DNA from: a virus
Strand: one strand, 5' to 3'
Length of the DNA stretch: 64,000 nt
IMG/VR virus record: IMGVR_UViG_3300025769_000068
Part shown: positions 35,610-48,400 of the stretch, in pieces
Numbering within the stretch: position 1 is the stretch's first letter
Layout: every line of letters begins with the position of its first letter
The notes under the pieces: model-generated
Database searches by the model: none
The model's input: only the letters and a program-made list of their open reading frames with translations
What the model was told of the DNA's origin: nothing
Made by a program: the position numbers and the translations under genes

Positions 35610-37583
35610 ATGGCAAGAGGAAGAAGAACCAGATGCGATAAGCCTAGCAGCCCATTCGTAGATTATATTCCAGATGGTGTAGGAACCTCTACAACTACTT
35701 CTACTACGCAAACACCATTTATCTTTATACCAGAAAGTGGAGTTACTTGTCCCGTTTCTACAACTGAGTCGCAAACCGTTCTTGTTCCTTCTGTTAGCTT
35801 GCCCATATTGGGGGGCATCGGTGGTTTTTCGACAAACACAAGCACAGTCGAAGCAAGAGAAATTGAAGTTTTAAAATGTCTTTGCGGATCTATGTTTTTC
35901 CCAAAAGGTTCTGAAAGCTCTCTTATAGTTAATAGTACCCACGCTCTTGACCTACAGCATACTGAGGACGTACTAGTTGCTAGCGAACAAGAATTTAATA
36001 CTAAATCAAGTGTGTTAACTAGTGGTAGCGATGTTTTTCTTAGCGCTCTTACTGTTAAATTTGCAGATAAATATCTTACAAATAAAATTACTGTAGATGG
36101 TGCAATTAAAATTATAATAAAAACAGAAGAAGGTAAAGTAGTAGCTACTAAGTATATAAATGATTATACAGAGAAAACAATTTTAGATAATGGTGTTATA
36201 CAGTTCTCTTCTAGTAATATACATAAAAAAGTCAAACTTAATAATAAGTTTTTAAGATTAGAAGTAAAGAGTATATGCGATAGAACCTCTGTTCCTGCAT
36301 GTGATTTTCTTCCCACTGTTTTTTCTGTTGAGCCTATTTGTGATAATATATGTTCTGAGATTGTAGAAGAGTATATGAGATGTTTACCAGTTGGCGATAC
36401 ATTTATACCGTGTGAAGATAGAACCACAACAACCACCACAGCCACTCCAACAACAACAACAACTGAGCCACCCGATCCACCCACTACCACAACGACCACC
36501 ACAACCACAACGACCACCACCACCACCACCACTACCACTACGACAACCACAACCTCAACCACTTGTCCACCTTTCGTTCCACCCGTTATGGATTGCGATA
36601 CCACTTGCGGTTATGCTGGAAATCATGACGTAAGAACTATTTACAACGATGATGGTTGCCCAATAGGATCAGAGTGCGTATGTGAGGTAACTACGACTAC
36701 CACAACAACTCTGTGTCCAGATATTCAAAGTGCTGGGCCACCTGTTACTATTAGATTTGGAACATACACTATTCCCGATGAATTAGAAGTATTTGATGTG
36801 TGCCAATCTCCCGAAGTGTCGCTTTTGAACACTGGAAAAATTAGCACTGGAACGGCAGCTAGCCCCGGAACTGGTTATCCCAGCGGTTGGTTTGAAACCA
36901 CACTTAACAACTGTCCAGAATGTCTTAAATTCTGTGTAACAGCTGATCTTTCTGGAACACTGTGGTGGATTGAAGTTGATGACAGCAATGGTGGTACAGT
37001 GCTTAGTTTAGCTGGTGGTCAGAATAGTAGTGATGGCGTTTGCTATGGACAAACTTGTAGCATACCCGCATTTAGTTTTTCCGACACAGAGACATATGGA
37101 CAGTTTGGAGGAAATGCAGCTAGTTACACCACTAGCTTAAGCCTTAGCAGTACTATTACAAGACCTTTTGGGACTGCTACTGATAGTCTTTTTACATATA
37201 AATCCGCTGCTCACGAAAATGAGGTAGCAGGCTTTGGGCCAACTTGTGCTTTGATGGTAGAAACCGCTAGTGATGATAATTACGACACTGATGAGTACGG
37301 AGCAAAAAATGCGGGTGCAGCAGTGTTTATTATTTGCAGTGGTGGCAGATATTGGGACTTTTCATCTCATGTTAACTATAATGATTTTACGGTTAATTAT
37401 GAAGTACTTGATGAAGATACTGGTGAGTTTAGTTTTAATAGTGAAACTTATAACTACAAAAGCTGGACTGCTTGTATTGAATATGATGTCAATGGCGCAT
37501 CAACTTATCCAAACTGTGTTGGAAAAACTCAAACACTATATTACAATACTCCAAAGCCAGCTTTCCCTACACCAAATAATTAG
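35610..37583 (+). CDS. Cys/Thr-rich putative virion protein
   Basis: four poly-Thr tracts, many Cys. Confidence 0.7.
   Translation: MARGRRTRCDKPSSPFVDYIPDGVGTSTTTSTTQTPFIFIPESGVTCPVSTTESQTVLVPSVSLPILGGIGGFSTNTSTVEAREIEVLKCLCGSMFFPKGSESSLIVNSTHALDLQHTEDVLVASEQEFNTKSSVLTSGSDVFLSALTVKFADKYLTNKITVDGAIKIIIKTEEGKVVATKYINDYTEKTILDNGVIQFSSSNIHKKVKLNNKFLRLEVKSICDRTSVPACDFLPTVFSVEPICDNICSEIVEEYMRCLPVGDTFIPCEDRTTTTTTATPTTTTTEPPDPPTTTTTTTTTTTTTTTTTTTTTTTTSTTCPPFVPPVMDCDTTCGYAGNHDVRTIYNDDGCPIGSECVCEVTTTTTTTLCPDIQSAGPPVTIRFGTYTIPDELEVFDVCQSPEVSLLNTGKISTGTAASPGTGYPSGWFETTLNNCPECLKFCVTADLSGTLWWIEVDDSNGGTVLSLAGGQNSSDGVCYGQTCSIPAFSFSDTETYGQFGGNAASYTTSLSLSSTITRPFGTATDSLFTYKSAAHENEVAGFGPTCALMVETASDDNYDTDEYGAKNAGAAVFIICSGGRYWDFSSHVNYNDFTVNYEVLDEDTGEFSFNSETYNYKSWTACIEYDVNGASTYPNCVGKTQTLYYNTPKPAFPTPNN
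36424..36563 (+). repeat. longest ACN-codon (poly-Thr) tract
   Basis: mixed ACC/ACA/ACG/ACT codons; similar tracts near 40692, 42026, 46041, 47236, 47358, 54770 and 56911. Confidence 0.9.
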
Positions 37584-37591
37584 GATTTAAA

Positions 37592-39454
37592 ATGTTAGAA
37601 GTCGCAAAAATAAAAATATCTAATAATCTACAAGGCGTTTTTAATTTAACGCTTGAGGGGGAATACGCTTCTTACTTTCAAGTTCAAGGCACTACTTTGT
37701 TTATGATAAAACCCATAGAAGACATTGGTACGTATGCTGTTACTGTTGTGGTAGAAGATCCTTTGGGTAGGTTTGAAACGCTAAGAGCAGATTATGTTTT
37801 TAATATAGGATGTTGTCCAATTGTTACTCGCACAACAACAACAACTCCTGCTCCATCATCTGCACCAACCGCGCCTGCACCTTTACCAACTGAAGATGCT
37901 CCCGAGGATCTTTCAACAGCTAGAATACTTGGCATTATGGAAGGATTACCAGATATTAAGAGATATGCAATGAGGAGTGACACGAACCGATATTCACAGT
38001 ACTACGAAAGTTCTAATTATAAAACTCTTAGTTTAAATATATTTACTCGTGTTAAAAATTATGATTCTATTTTTACGTATCCAGACGGAACTACATTCAT
38101 ACGTGAAGGTACAATTAATAATTATGTTAGTCCAGACGGGATTATGCATCAAATTAGTTCGTCACTTTACCCACTCGATATTGCTCGCCCCACCAATATA
38201 CAATTTGACCCAAATATAAAATTTGATTATCCCGGTTTGTTTGACGGAATGCAATTTAACATTGGCGATAGAGAATTTTTATATGTTATTGATGAAGATG
38301 GGTTTAGCGGTCCTGAAGATCTAACCTCACTTCAAACTTACCGTTTTATAATTCACGATTTTGTAAAAACAATTCTTTCTTCTGGATATACAGGGCCATT
38401 TGATGTAAATACAACGGGAAGGTCTCGACCAGAGTTATTTCAAAGGATGTTTAATGAGAATACTTCAACCAACATCGCTAGACTTCGTTCTTTTTATCAT
38501 CTGGTTTATAATCAATACAGAAATACTTCAAGTAGTCGTGCTTTAGATGGTTTACTTTCTAGAGTCTTCTACCATCCTGATGACAGGGAAGAAGAACGTT
38601 GGGACAGGTGGATGTTCAATAGTAATTATCCTAGCCAAAGAAATTGGTACAATAGAACTTCAGACATAAATAGAATTATTGAGTATTATGGAAATATATT
38701 CGGGCTAGAATATCTTTATTTAGACAGTAAATATAGAGATTCGTACCTGTATCCCGATGAGACTCGTTATGAAATTCAGAATTTTAGTACAGGATTCAGT
38801 ATAGAGTATTATAAAGAAAAATTCCACATCGTCGCTGTTCTTTACGAGATACCTGAATCTCTTTACGATAGAGAAACAAGATCTCGAATATACAGTATTT
38901 TTCCACAATTAATTGTACATTCGCAACAGTATAATCCAACTACAGGCACTACTAAAACAGTCAATCCCAATGCTAATTTTTCTGGTAGAGGAGTTGATGC
39001 TCAGGCATTTAGACCTTTAGTTAATGATGTTAGAATTAGAGCTGCGGGTAGTCCGTGGAACGAGCTTGTTTCTCCCGGTAATATAGCCCTAATTGCTTAT
39101 TTTAGAATAGATGATGATCTTGTAAAAAATGAGAAAAATGTCAACTTTTTTCCCAACACTGTTGGTCCAGTTAGAGATAGGCCGCAGGAAGAGCAGAATC
39201 TAGTTTTAGAAGCTCGATTATTTAATGGTAGTAGAAATGATGCTATCAGGTTTCTTAATGATGGTGTGCTTGATCGTCGTTTTGCTGAAAGTTTTGTTTA
39301 TTCAGAATTATGTGGCGCTACGGGGTATAATAGTGTAGATAGTGTAACAGCACCAACGCCTACCACCACTGATCCTCCTGTAGCAGAAGATCCAGAAGTT
39401 CCAGAAGAAGAGATCGAAGTATTTAAAATGGGAAATCTTAATATAGAGAATTAA
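37592..39454 (+). CDS. putative virion protein with cadherin/Ig-like N-terminus and Thr/Pro linkers
   Basis: L.GE.ASYF.V.GTTL...GTY.VTV.V.D pattern; TTTTTPAP linker. Confidence 0.6.
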   Translation: MLEVAKIKISNNLQGVFNLTLEGEYASYFQVQGTTLFMIKPIEDIGTYAVTVVVEDPLGRFETLRADYVFNIGCCPIVTRTTTTTPAPSSAPTAPAPLPTEDAPEDLSTARILGIMEGLPDIKRYAMRSDTNRYSQYYESSNYKTLSLNIFTRVKNYDSIFTYPDGTTFIREGTINNYVSPDGIMHQISSSLYPLDIARPTNIQFDPNIKFDYPGLFDGMQFNIGDREFLYVIDEDGFSGPEDLTSLQTYRFIIHDFVKTILSSGYTGPFDVNTTGRSRPELFQRMFNENTSTNIARLRSFYHLVYNQYRNTSSSRALDGLLSRVFYHPDDREEERWDRWMFNSNYPSQRNWYNRTSDINRIIEYYGNIFGLEYLYLDSKYRDSYLYPDETRYEIQNFSTGFSIEYYKEKFHIVAVLYEIPESLYDRETRSRIYSIFPQLIVHSQQYNPTTGTTKTVNPNANFSGRGVDAQAFRPLVNDVRIRAAGSPWNELVSPGNIALIAYFRIDDDLVKNEKNVNFFPNTVGPVRDRPQEEQNLVLEARLFNGSRNDAIRFLNDGVLDRRFAESFVYSELCGATGYNSVDSVTAPTPTTTDPPVAEDPEVPEEEIEVFKMGNLNIEN

Positions 39455-39455
39455 T

Positions 39456-42400
39456 ATGGCCTATAATTTTACAGATAAATATCCAGACATTGCGGACGTT
39501 GATCTAATATTGTCTCATCAATTGGTTGAGCAAATTTTCCGTTTGCACAGTACTCAATTTGAGGGGTCTCGCGCTGTTATTGTAGATGATGAAGTAGAAT
39601 TTGAAATGGTTAATACCATACCAGATTCCTTAAGAGCAATAAGCAACAGTAGGATACTGGTTAGATATGTTTGGACTCCAGACGAAACCACCTCTGAAAG
39701 ATTTACATATGATTTAGCAGAAATGGAATTGCCACCTATTGTGCCACATTCTTTTTCCTCATTTGCTATGAATCCAGAAAATGAGTATAAATTTAGTACT
39801 CCTTTAGTTGCTACAGCTATAGATGGATCTAGTCAATATTTAAGACATGGCTATGGATATTATAGATTTGAGTTTGCGTTTCTTGGCGGTACAAGTGTTG
39901 GCTCTTCTAGTCCAGCTCGTGGAGATCTAAGTGATTACATTAGTACAGATTTCTTTAAAGTAGAAGATGGTTTTGAAAAATCTAATTTTCAATTAGAACA
40001 AGCGGAATATCCATATCCAACTACGACCACAACAACCTTATCTCCTATAGTATCATATCCTGCTCCTGTAATTTTAAATGTAGGAACTTTAGAGTTTACT
40101 CAATTCAATGTTTTGCATTCCAAGTTACTTGACGGTACAGAGGATTATAAAGGTGCAGATATAATTAAGGGGAAATCTGAAGCTGGAGTAGTAAGTGAAT
40201 ATTATTACGATAATGATATAAAGTCTGAAAAAGTAATAGGAATTTTAACACCTCAAGAAAATGAATGTGATTTTTTAAGAAACCCTAATTCAGACGATAA
40301 CTCTACTTATCTCAGATCGGCTCAAGACTTTACTTCCACTGAATTTTATTTACACGCAAAGATACCTGATTTTTCAAGAGTACTAAGTAAGATAAAAGAA
40401 CAAAGTTTTCCAAATGCAAATATTTATGTAGATGTTGAAGCCAATACTCATGAAGACGCTACATTTAGAAAAATAGAAACTTATACAATTAATATAAACA
40501 ACGCTCCTAATGTTGAAGAAAAATTTTTCACACTTAGATTAGATCATATCATTAATCACGAAAGTTTAATTTTTAATGAAGTTTCTTTTAGGTTATTATT
40601 GCGAGATGAAGAAAGCTTTTTAGTAGATTCATTTTATTCTAATGATTTTTCTTCTAATAAGTTATGCAATGCAGGGTTTTTCGGAGAAGTTACCACGACA
40701 ACGACAACCTCTACGACAACTACTACGACTACCACAGCAGCACCAACGCCTATTGATAGCGTCACATTTTCACAAGCTGGTAACGACTTAATACCTTATT
40801 TGCCAGTTGGTTCTGAACCTAATATTGGTAAGTTTGGATTTGCTGTTTCTATTAACAGTGTAGGAAATATCGTAGCAGTTTCTAATCCATACCATAATGG
40901 ATTTAATCAAGGTGATGAGAAGCATGGTTCAGTACATGTATATATGTGGAATGGTTTCGATTGGTATCCATTTGGAGAGTTTTTCGGCAATCAAAGCACT
41001 ACTTTTGGTAAGTCTATTACTTTGAGCGCCGATGGATTTTTGCTAGCTATTAGTGATGAAAATTATGTACGCATATATAGGTATGATACAGAAATTAATA
41101 CTTGGGTTGTTTTAAATTCAATAGAAGTTGAAGAACAAGGTGGAAACAAACATGTTGATGTTTTACATGTTGAGTTTGATGTTTCCGAAGGCAGTACATT
41201 AGCTGTTTCTTACTCAGTCGAAGACTCTTCTACTTATCCTAGACAGTCTGTTTCTAAATTATCTATATATAGAGATAATGGTGAAGGGTACAGTAAACTA
41301 ATAGATAATTTTACAAATGAGTTATCTACTTCAATTTCTGACATAAACAACATATTTGTATGTAGTAATTCTATTAATCAAATTGATACAAACTTAGAAA
41401 ATAATTTTAGACAACTAGGTAATACATTTAACTTTAAAGCTTACGATACGGCATCAGATATTGATGGCAATATAGTTGCTTTTCTTTTACCACAAAATCA
41501 AGCCGTTGACGGCTGGCCTTTTCCACATGGCGGTCTTTTAGCAATTAAAGCTTTTAGAAGAATAAATGTTAGATATGAACAGCTAGGTTCTGATATTCTA
41601 ATAGATACTACTGATAATTATTTAAGAAATAATCCTAATCTTGAACTTGTAGGAGCTAGAGGCAAGATACAATCTAGTGATTTGATTAAGATTAGTGAAG
41701 AGGGTTTATTTTTAATTGTTAGAACTTTACATAGTACTGATCAAACACAAGCTGGAAAATTTGGTTCAATTAGCGTATACCAATACGATGAAGGAATAAG
41801 AGATTGGGTGGTATCAAAAAATGTAATAAGATTAGATGATTCTGAAGATTATACAGGTTTAAATTTTGGTCAAAGTTTTGACATGACTAACAGCGCCAAT
41901 GTTATTGTTGCTGGTAGTAATAATACAGTTGATGGACAGCAAGGTATTTGCAGGGTTTACACAAAGAATGGGTTTAGGATACCAGTAGTATTTAATGTTC
42001 CGGGTATTTTTCCTGAGCATATGCCTACCACTACAACGACAACTACGCCTGTGCCAACAACTACCACAACTACCACAACTACTACTACCACTACTACAAC
42101 TACAACTGTAGCACCTGTTAGGACAATTACATTTTTACCTGCAAGATCTATAAAAACAGTTAACACTCTTATCAGTGGTGCTGATGTTACAGGTGGGATA
42201 GTACCGGCGTATGCGCCATTTAGTAGAGTAATTCCACAGCACTTTCTCGATAAGGTTAGAGAAGGGAATGTAACTCCAAGGATTTATTCTACTCACGGAC
42301 AGCATTATTATTACCAAGACGACGTTAATCTCCATGTAGTAACTCATGGTGCCACTCGGTATGTGGCGGGTATGCCACACGGTTATAAATGGATTGATGA

Positions 42401-45400
42401 TCCAACTAAGGATTATATTTATGGACGATTTGACGGACATTTAAATAACAAATATCATTGGTATGGTGTTGGTCAACGCGATCAAAGCATAAAAGGTAAT
42501 GCTGGTTACAGAGGGGTGAAGACAAGAAATTTTGATTTTTATAGTCAAGAACGAGAAGCTTTTTTCTTTCATCGTGAAAACGATGTAACATATATGGGTT
42601 TAGCTTATCCTGAAGCTCTGAAACCTGATGGCAGTCCTAATACTGTTATGACGCAACCACAAGGGGCGTATGGTGGTAGATACGGTCTCGGACAGAGTGG
42701 TTTCTACGGAGCAGGACAAGGATCAGAGTACTGGCAAACGAGGGTCGAAACATTAGATTTTAATGGACGATTAGTAGACATTTTTTGTGGATACTCATTA
42801 GAATTTACTCTTGATCCGAATCAACTTGGTGTGTTTATTTTTATCTGGAGGACTGGCACTGACAGCAATGGCGTAACTAGCGTTATGCATGGCAATATAG
42901 CTGATGGTTTTTGGGTGTTTAGCTATAAAGCCACAGAAGCTCAAAGAAATGCACTTAGAAATACAATACCAGAAAATTTTCCTACGACATCTTTTGGAGA
43001 TTATTTTGCTACATTTGACTATGAACCAACTACAACCCCTCCACCAGTATTGGAAATACCAACCCAAGCTATAACAACAACAACCGCACCGGCAGTACCG
43101 ATAGAGGAAGAATGTAATCTACTTTCATACAAGACTCCTACGGATTTAATCGAACAAGACAGCTCATCAGAAACTTATAATGAAATTGTTAGCGTTAGAG
43201 GTTTGAGTTCTGGTGCATACAGAGTGTTTGAGATAGGCGCTGATAATCAATTTAAAAGTGATTTTAATAGAAATTCCGGTGGAACCGATGAGAGTCATTA
43301 TCGTTTTCGACAAATATCATCCAGTTTTCAGTTAAATGCTCCTATTGTGGGGTACTCATCTTCTCCCAGATTTAAACTGACGGGATTTGCCATTGATTCA
43401 AAGTACAAGACTTACTTTAACGAAGTATACGAACGCAAATGGGATGCAGATACGGGTAGGGGTCTTGCTCGCAATGAATCTGGCTACCCCCAACCAGCAA
43501 AGGTGCATTATTGGACTGATAAGAATGGGGTGAGACAATCAAGAAAAGGTAATGATATAGAATTTTTAGAAGGCGAGCTTGTTGAATATAGAAATGAATC
43601 CAAGATATCACCGTTGTATACTTCCTCATTCTCGCGTAAGTCGTTGTCAACCGCCGGATGGAACTCTGTACCTTACGGCACATATAGAATTTTACAAACA
43701 AATATACTTGCTTATGGGGCGCATAAGCTACTACGAAACGTTCACGATAACGGGGGCGGGTATATTAGCGCTCAACAGGGCAACAGAACCATTCCTAGAA
43801 CAGCTGATGGCTTTGCAAGAACAGATGGAGAATATTTCTTCTTGTTCACATTCTGTAATTCAGATGAAGTTCCAGAAGGATATCACGGCGATTGGCCTCG
43901 TGACCTGTCAAATTTACCAACAATTACTACTACTACAACTACGAGAGCGCCCACGCCTATTGATCCCGCTGCGCCAGTTTCAGAATATACTGCAATTAAT
44001 GGTATTGAACCGTTTGACCGTTTTAGGGCAGACAGTTTGATAACACAAGATTATAAAGGTATTAATCGTAATACAAGAGAATCAGATATTATTAGTACTG
44101 ACGGTAACGGTATACACTATGAATTTAATAATATAGCAATGAGCAATGACGGTGAGTTTATAGCTTTTACACACGGTTTTGATAATCATGGTAGTTTTCA
44201 AAATTCACAAAGTTCTTTCACTACAAACATTTCTGTGTTAAAGAGAGGTAAGTATTTTGATCTTGAAACAAAGACTTATAATAGTATTCCAAGAGATAAT
44301 AATGGAAACCTTATACCTAAGACATCTGAACTTCAATATGGATATTATCAAAATATTGTCTTGGAGGGAGCTGACAAAGATTTTGCAAATTTGCAAATCG
44401 AAAATGACCATCCTTATGTAAAACTTACTTTTAATGATAATAATAATGATGCTAGGTTATATGAATTGGCAAATGATGATTTTATAACCCTTGCTGATGG
44501 CTCCCAATATTTTGTGCCTACTTTCAAAAGAAAAGAACCAGATAATTATATTTTACACTATAGTGTTAATGGTGCTGCCTCTCCAATAAACATCCCCAGA
44601 AATCAGGCCCACGTTTTCCAAAGGAATGGATCTTTACAATTAACTAACCATTACCAAGGTGGCATGTCTAGAAAATCTATGCTTGTTCGTCAGGGTCTTG
44701 CTCCAATAGACGTTGCTGGTAAGACAGAGCCAAATGATTTGATAAAACTACATATTCTTGACATTACCAGCGATAAACTTTCTGTTTATGGTCCGTATGG
44801 TATGCTCTTCCCAGTTTATTCCATAAATCACCCCTTAATCCGCTTGGCGGCTGGTAAACTAAGTGTTGGTGTGGGTAATTTCGGGTACATTCCTTACTTA
44901 CCTTCAACGTCACTTTATCCTACTCACTTTGGCGCTCATGACCGTACTTACTCAGGAGAAGTCTCCGCAATAAGTGCTAATGGAAAAGTTATTGCTATAT
45001 CTCATGATAATTACAAAGCTTTCACAAAAGATTATCTTAAATCTGACATTCGAGGAAAAAGGGTAGTAGTATACGAGTGGGGGATAGACGCACAAAAACC
45101 TTTGGCGAAACCTTCAGATGGTCGGGATGATATGTCTGGTAATCTTCAGCCACGATGGTTACTAATAACTCATCAAATACAACTTAGACATCCAGACATG
45201 GATAGTGGTGAAATTTCTCCTTACCTTGATGAAGCATTCACTGTCTCTAGGCCGTATACAGTTCGTGTGATTGCATCAAAACTTAGCCATGACGGTAAGA
45301 GACTAGTCATCGCCTATTCAGCCACTACAGAAGTTGACGGAGAAGAGAGGACAGCACAGACTATTAGGGTATACGACCGTGTAGTGCATTGGGTTGGTGA

Positions 45401-48400
45401 TCCAGTTACGGGTTTTGATAACTACAAAAGCAGAAGCGATGTTGCTGATGATGAAGTTCCAATAGAAATGGCAGGCTGGGCGCAAAACGTAAATTACATA
45501 AGCAATGACGAAAAACTAGGCGGTGGACTAGACATTAAAGGCAAAGGAAATATAATTGATGTAGAAATAAGCAAAGATGGCAGTGTAATAGCCATGTGCT
45601 TTGGTGCTAATTCTCAGTCCCCGACGACAACCGACAAAGGAAGTGTTAGGGTTATAAAGTTACAACAAACATATTCTCTACCCACTGAATTGCCAACTAG
45701 TTATCTTGACGAAAGAGCGGTCGATATACTACAACTTCCAAAGCAAAATAAATGGGTAACAACATTTGAGCAATTTGGAGTAAATATTTTCCCTCGCCTG
45801 CGTAATCAATCTGGACAGATAATAAGCGATGGGGCTGAAGAAAGATTCGGAATGTCCATCTCTATGAGTGCAAATGGGTCTTTGCTAGCAGTGGGCGCTA
45901 GCGCTGTGCTTAATAAGAAAATTTTCCCTACAGATAATTCTGTACGCCGTGTGCCAAATGAGCTTTTTGTCTATGATTTATCATCATTTAATGATACAGC
46001 TCCACCAGTTTTAGCACCAGAAGAAACTCAACCTGACGCTACAACAACATCGACTACAACTACTACAACATCGACGACACCTCCTCCAACCGCTATCACA
46101 ACGACCACAACAACCACTACGACAACAACTACTACTATTGCTCCAGTAACAAATAACCCTAAATGTTTGCCAGCTGTATCTTACTGGAAGACAGTAAATC
46201 TTCAGGCGCAACCGGCAGAAGATCCAAATACTCCGGGTCATAACAAAAGTCAGGTTAATCATCAAAAGGAAATATTTGTAATCAATCCTGATGCCCCCGT
46301 ACCAAATACTAATAGAGTTAATTATGTAGAAGGTTTACTTTACGCAGAACCTCATGGCATCCAAGCTCATGATAGAATAATTCCCGGTTATGATTTTTAT
46401 GTTTATCCTAATAATGCGTATACTATTTACAGTGATGCTAGAGTAACTAATTATTATTTTAAAGATAATCCATTTATTCATATTACAGCTTCGCGTATAG
46501 ATGAACATGAATTTCCCGGTGCTGGATTACAAAAGTATTTTAGTGGAATAATTACTCTTTTCTTGCGGGAGGGTTATGATACTTGGGATGGTGAAAGTTT
46601 TTTAATATTTTCAACTAAACGAGTAGTTGGTACTAACCCAAATTACATAAACGGAAAAGATGTTGCACTTTTAGGTGTTGCAGAAGCGAATGCTCAAGGT
46701 TTCAATTGTGCCAGCCTGAATCAAAAAAACGAAGTTTGTTTAGATTATGATATTGATGTTGGCGTTGAAACTGTTGGCAGTCAACGTTACTATACTTTCA
46801 ATGGGCTTTCTAGCTTAAATCATAAATTTAAATTAAGAAACGGTGTCTATCGTTTTAGAAATGTCTCAAGATCGCACCCAATTGGTTTCTATCCAGTTGA
46901 TCAACCCCAAGGTTTTATAGATTGGGCTGTCCTGTATGCCAATGACAATACATTTGCATTGTCTTCTAATGTTAATTTTAGCTACGATTTAGACAGTACA
47001 AAGCATAGTCCAATACATGTCAAAAAGAATATTCAAGGTTTTGATGTAGCATATGCAGCAACTATATGGAACCCCAATAGAGATCCATACACAATAGTAC
47101 TAAATGTTGCAGATGATTTTGGAACAGCTAGCTATGAATGTTATAACCACGGCTTTATGGGTGGGGCTGCTAATTTAGTTTATGATAGCTCTTGTCCAGC
47201 GTTTGTTGAGCCTGAACCAGCGAGGGTTCCAGCTATCACAACGACAACCACTACCACTACAAGAAGTCCTATTGTTTTTCAAGAAGATCCCATATTTGAC
47301 ATCCCACCGCTTCCAGAAGGTTATGATAACTGGGAACATTGGTTTAATGACCAAGCTACAACCACGACTACAACTACAGTAGAACCAATTGTAGTAGTAG
47401 AACCTGTACAACCGCGTGTCATAGTTACAACTACGCCCAAGCCATATGTCCCAGTTCTTACAATGCCGAGTGGCCCTACGTGTACGCCGTATGGGATTGT
47501 TCTTAAGAATAAAACTGATCAAGAAATACAAAATCGTGTCAGATCAAATCTAAATGTAGGTTACAAAGATTACAAACAAGGATTAATTAACACTGATGTA
47601 CAAGATTGGAAATCTTATTCTTGGCTTCCAGATGCTAGACCTTGGGGTATGAAGTTTATTAACAGTTCGGCAGATGTAATTTTCGACAATAATATGAACA
47701 TTATTGGTCATAATGATGCCCTCCCTGAATATTGGACTGACTATTTTGTTGGATCTCCAAATGGCATATCAGGAAATACTTATTTATCTCTCGCCGCTCC
47801 AAACATCTTGAGAGAAAAAGACGTGTACGAAATATACTTACTAGAAATTTCAGAAGATTCTCCAATCACTGATTATGATTTTAGAGATAATCCTCATATT
47901 GAGTTAATACCTTTAGATAAAACAAAAACTAGAAAAAATTCCGTACCTTATTTCATTAGTACTAAAAGTTATTTATTCGACGCAAGAAACTCTGTTCGGG
48001 ATAATGCTAGTTATAGTCCGTATATTAGCACTGATCCAAATGCAGACACCAGATGTGATTATTACTGGGGTAATGTTATACTAAGGATAAAAAAAGAGGC
48101 TAACAATTACTACAACCAGATTGATATTCCCGCTTATGACAAAAGAATAAGCAGAGAAATTAGAATTCAACGCGGCTTCTTTTCTATACTTTCACAATGG
48201 ATGGAAGTAGTTAGATTTTATATTAATCAGGGTTCGTGTTCAAGACGGCACGTCGCTGGAACATACTTAAGTGACTATATTGTAAAACAAAAACAATCTA
48301 TTGCAACAACACAAAATTCATTATTATCGGACACGTATAGGAGGGTAAAAATTAATGCACTTTCAAACCTCTATTTAGATTCAGACACTAAAAACGTAAG

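Noticed and set aside
36164-36604. Poly-Val minus-strand ORFs (also 41957-42166)
   Set aside because: Antisense shadows of poly-Thr tracts.
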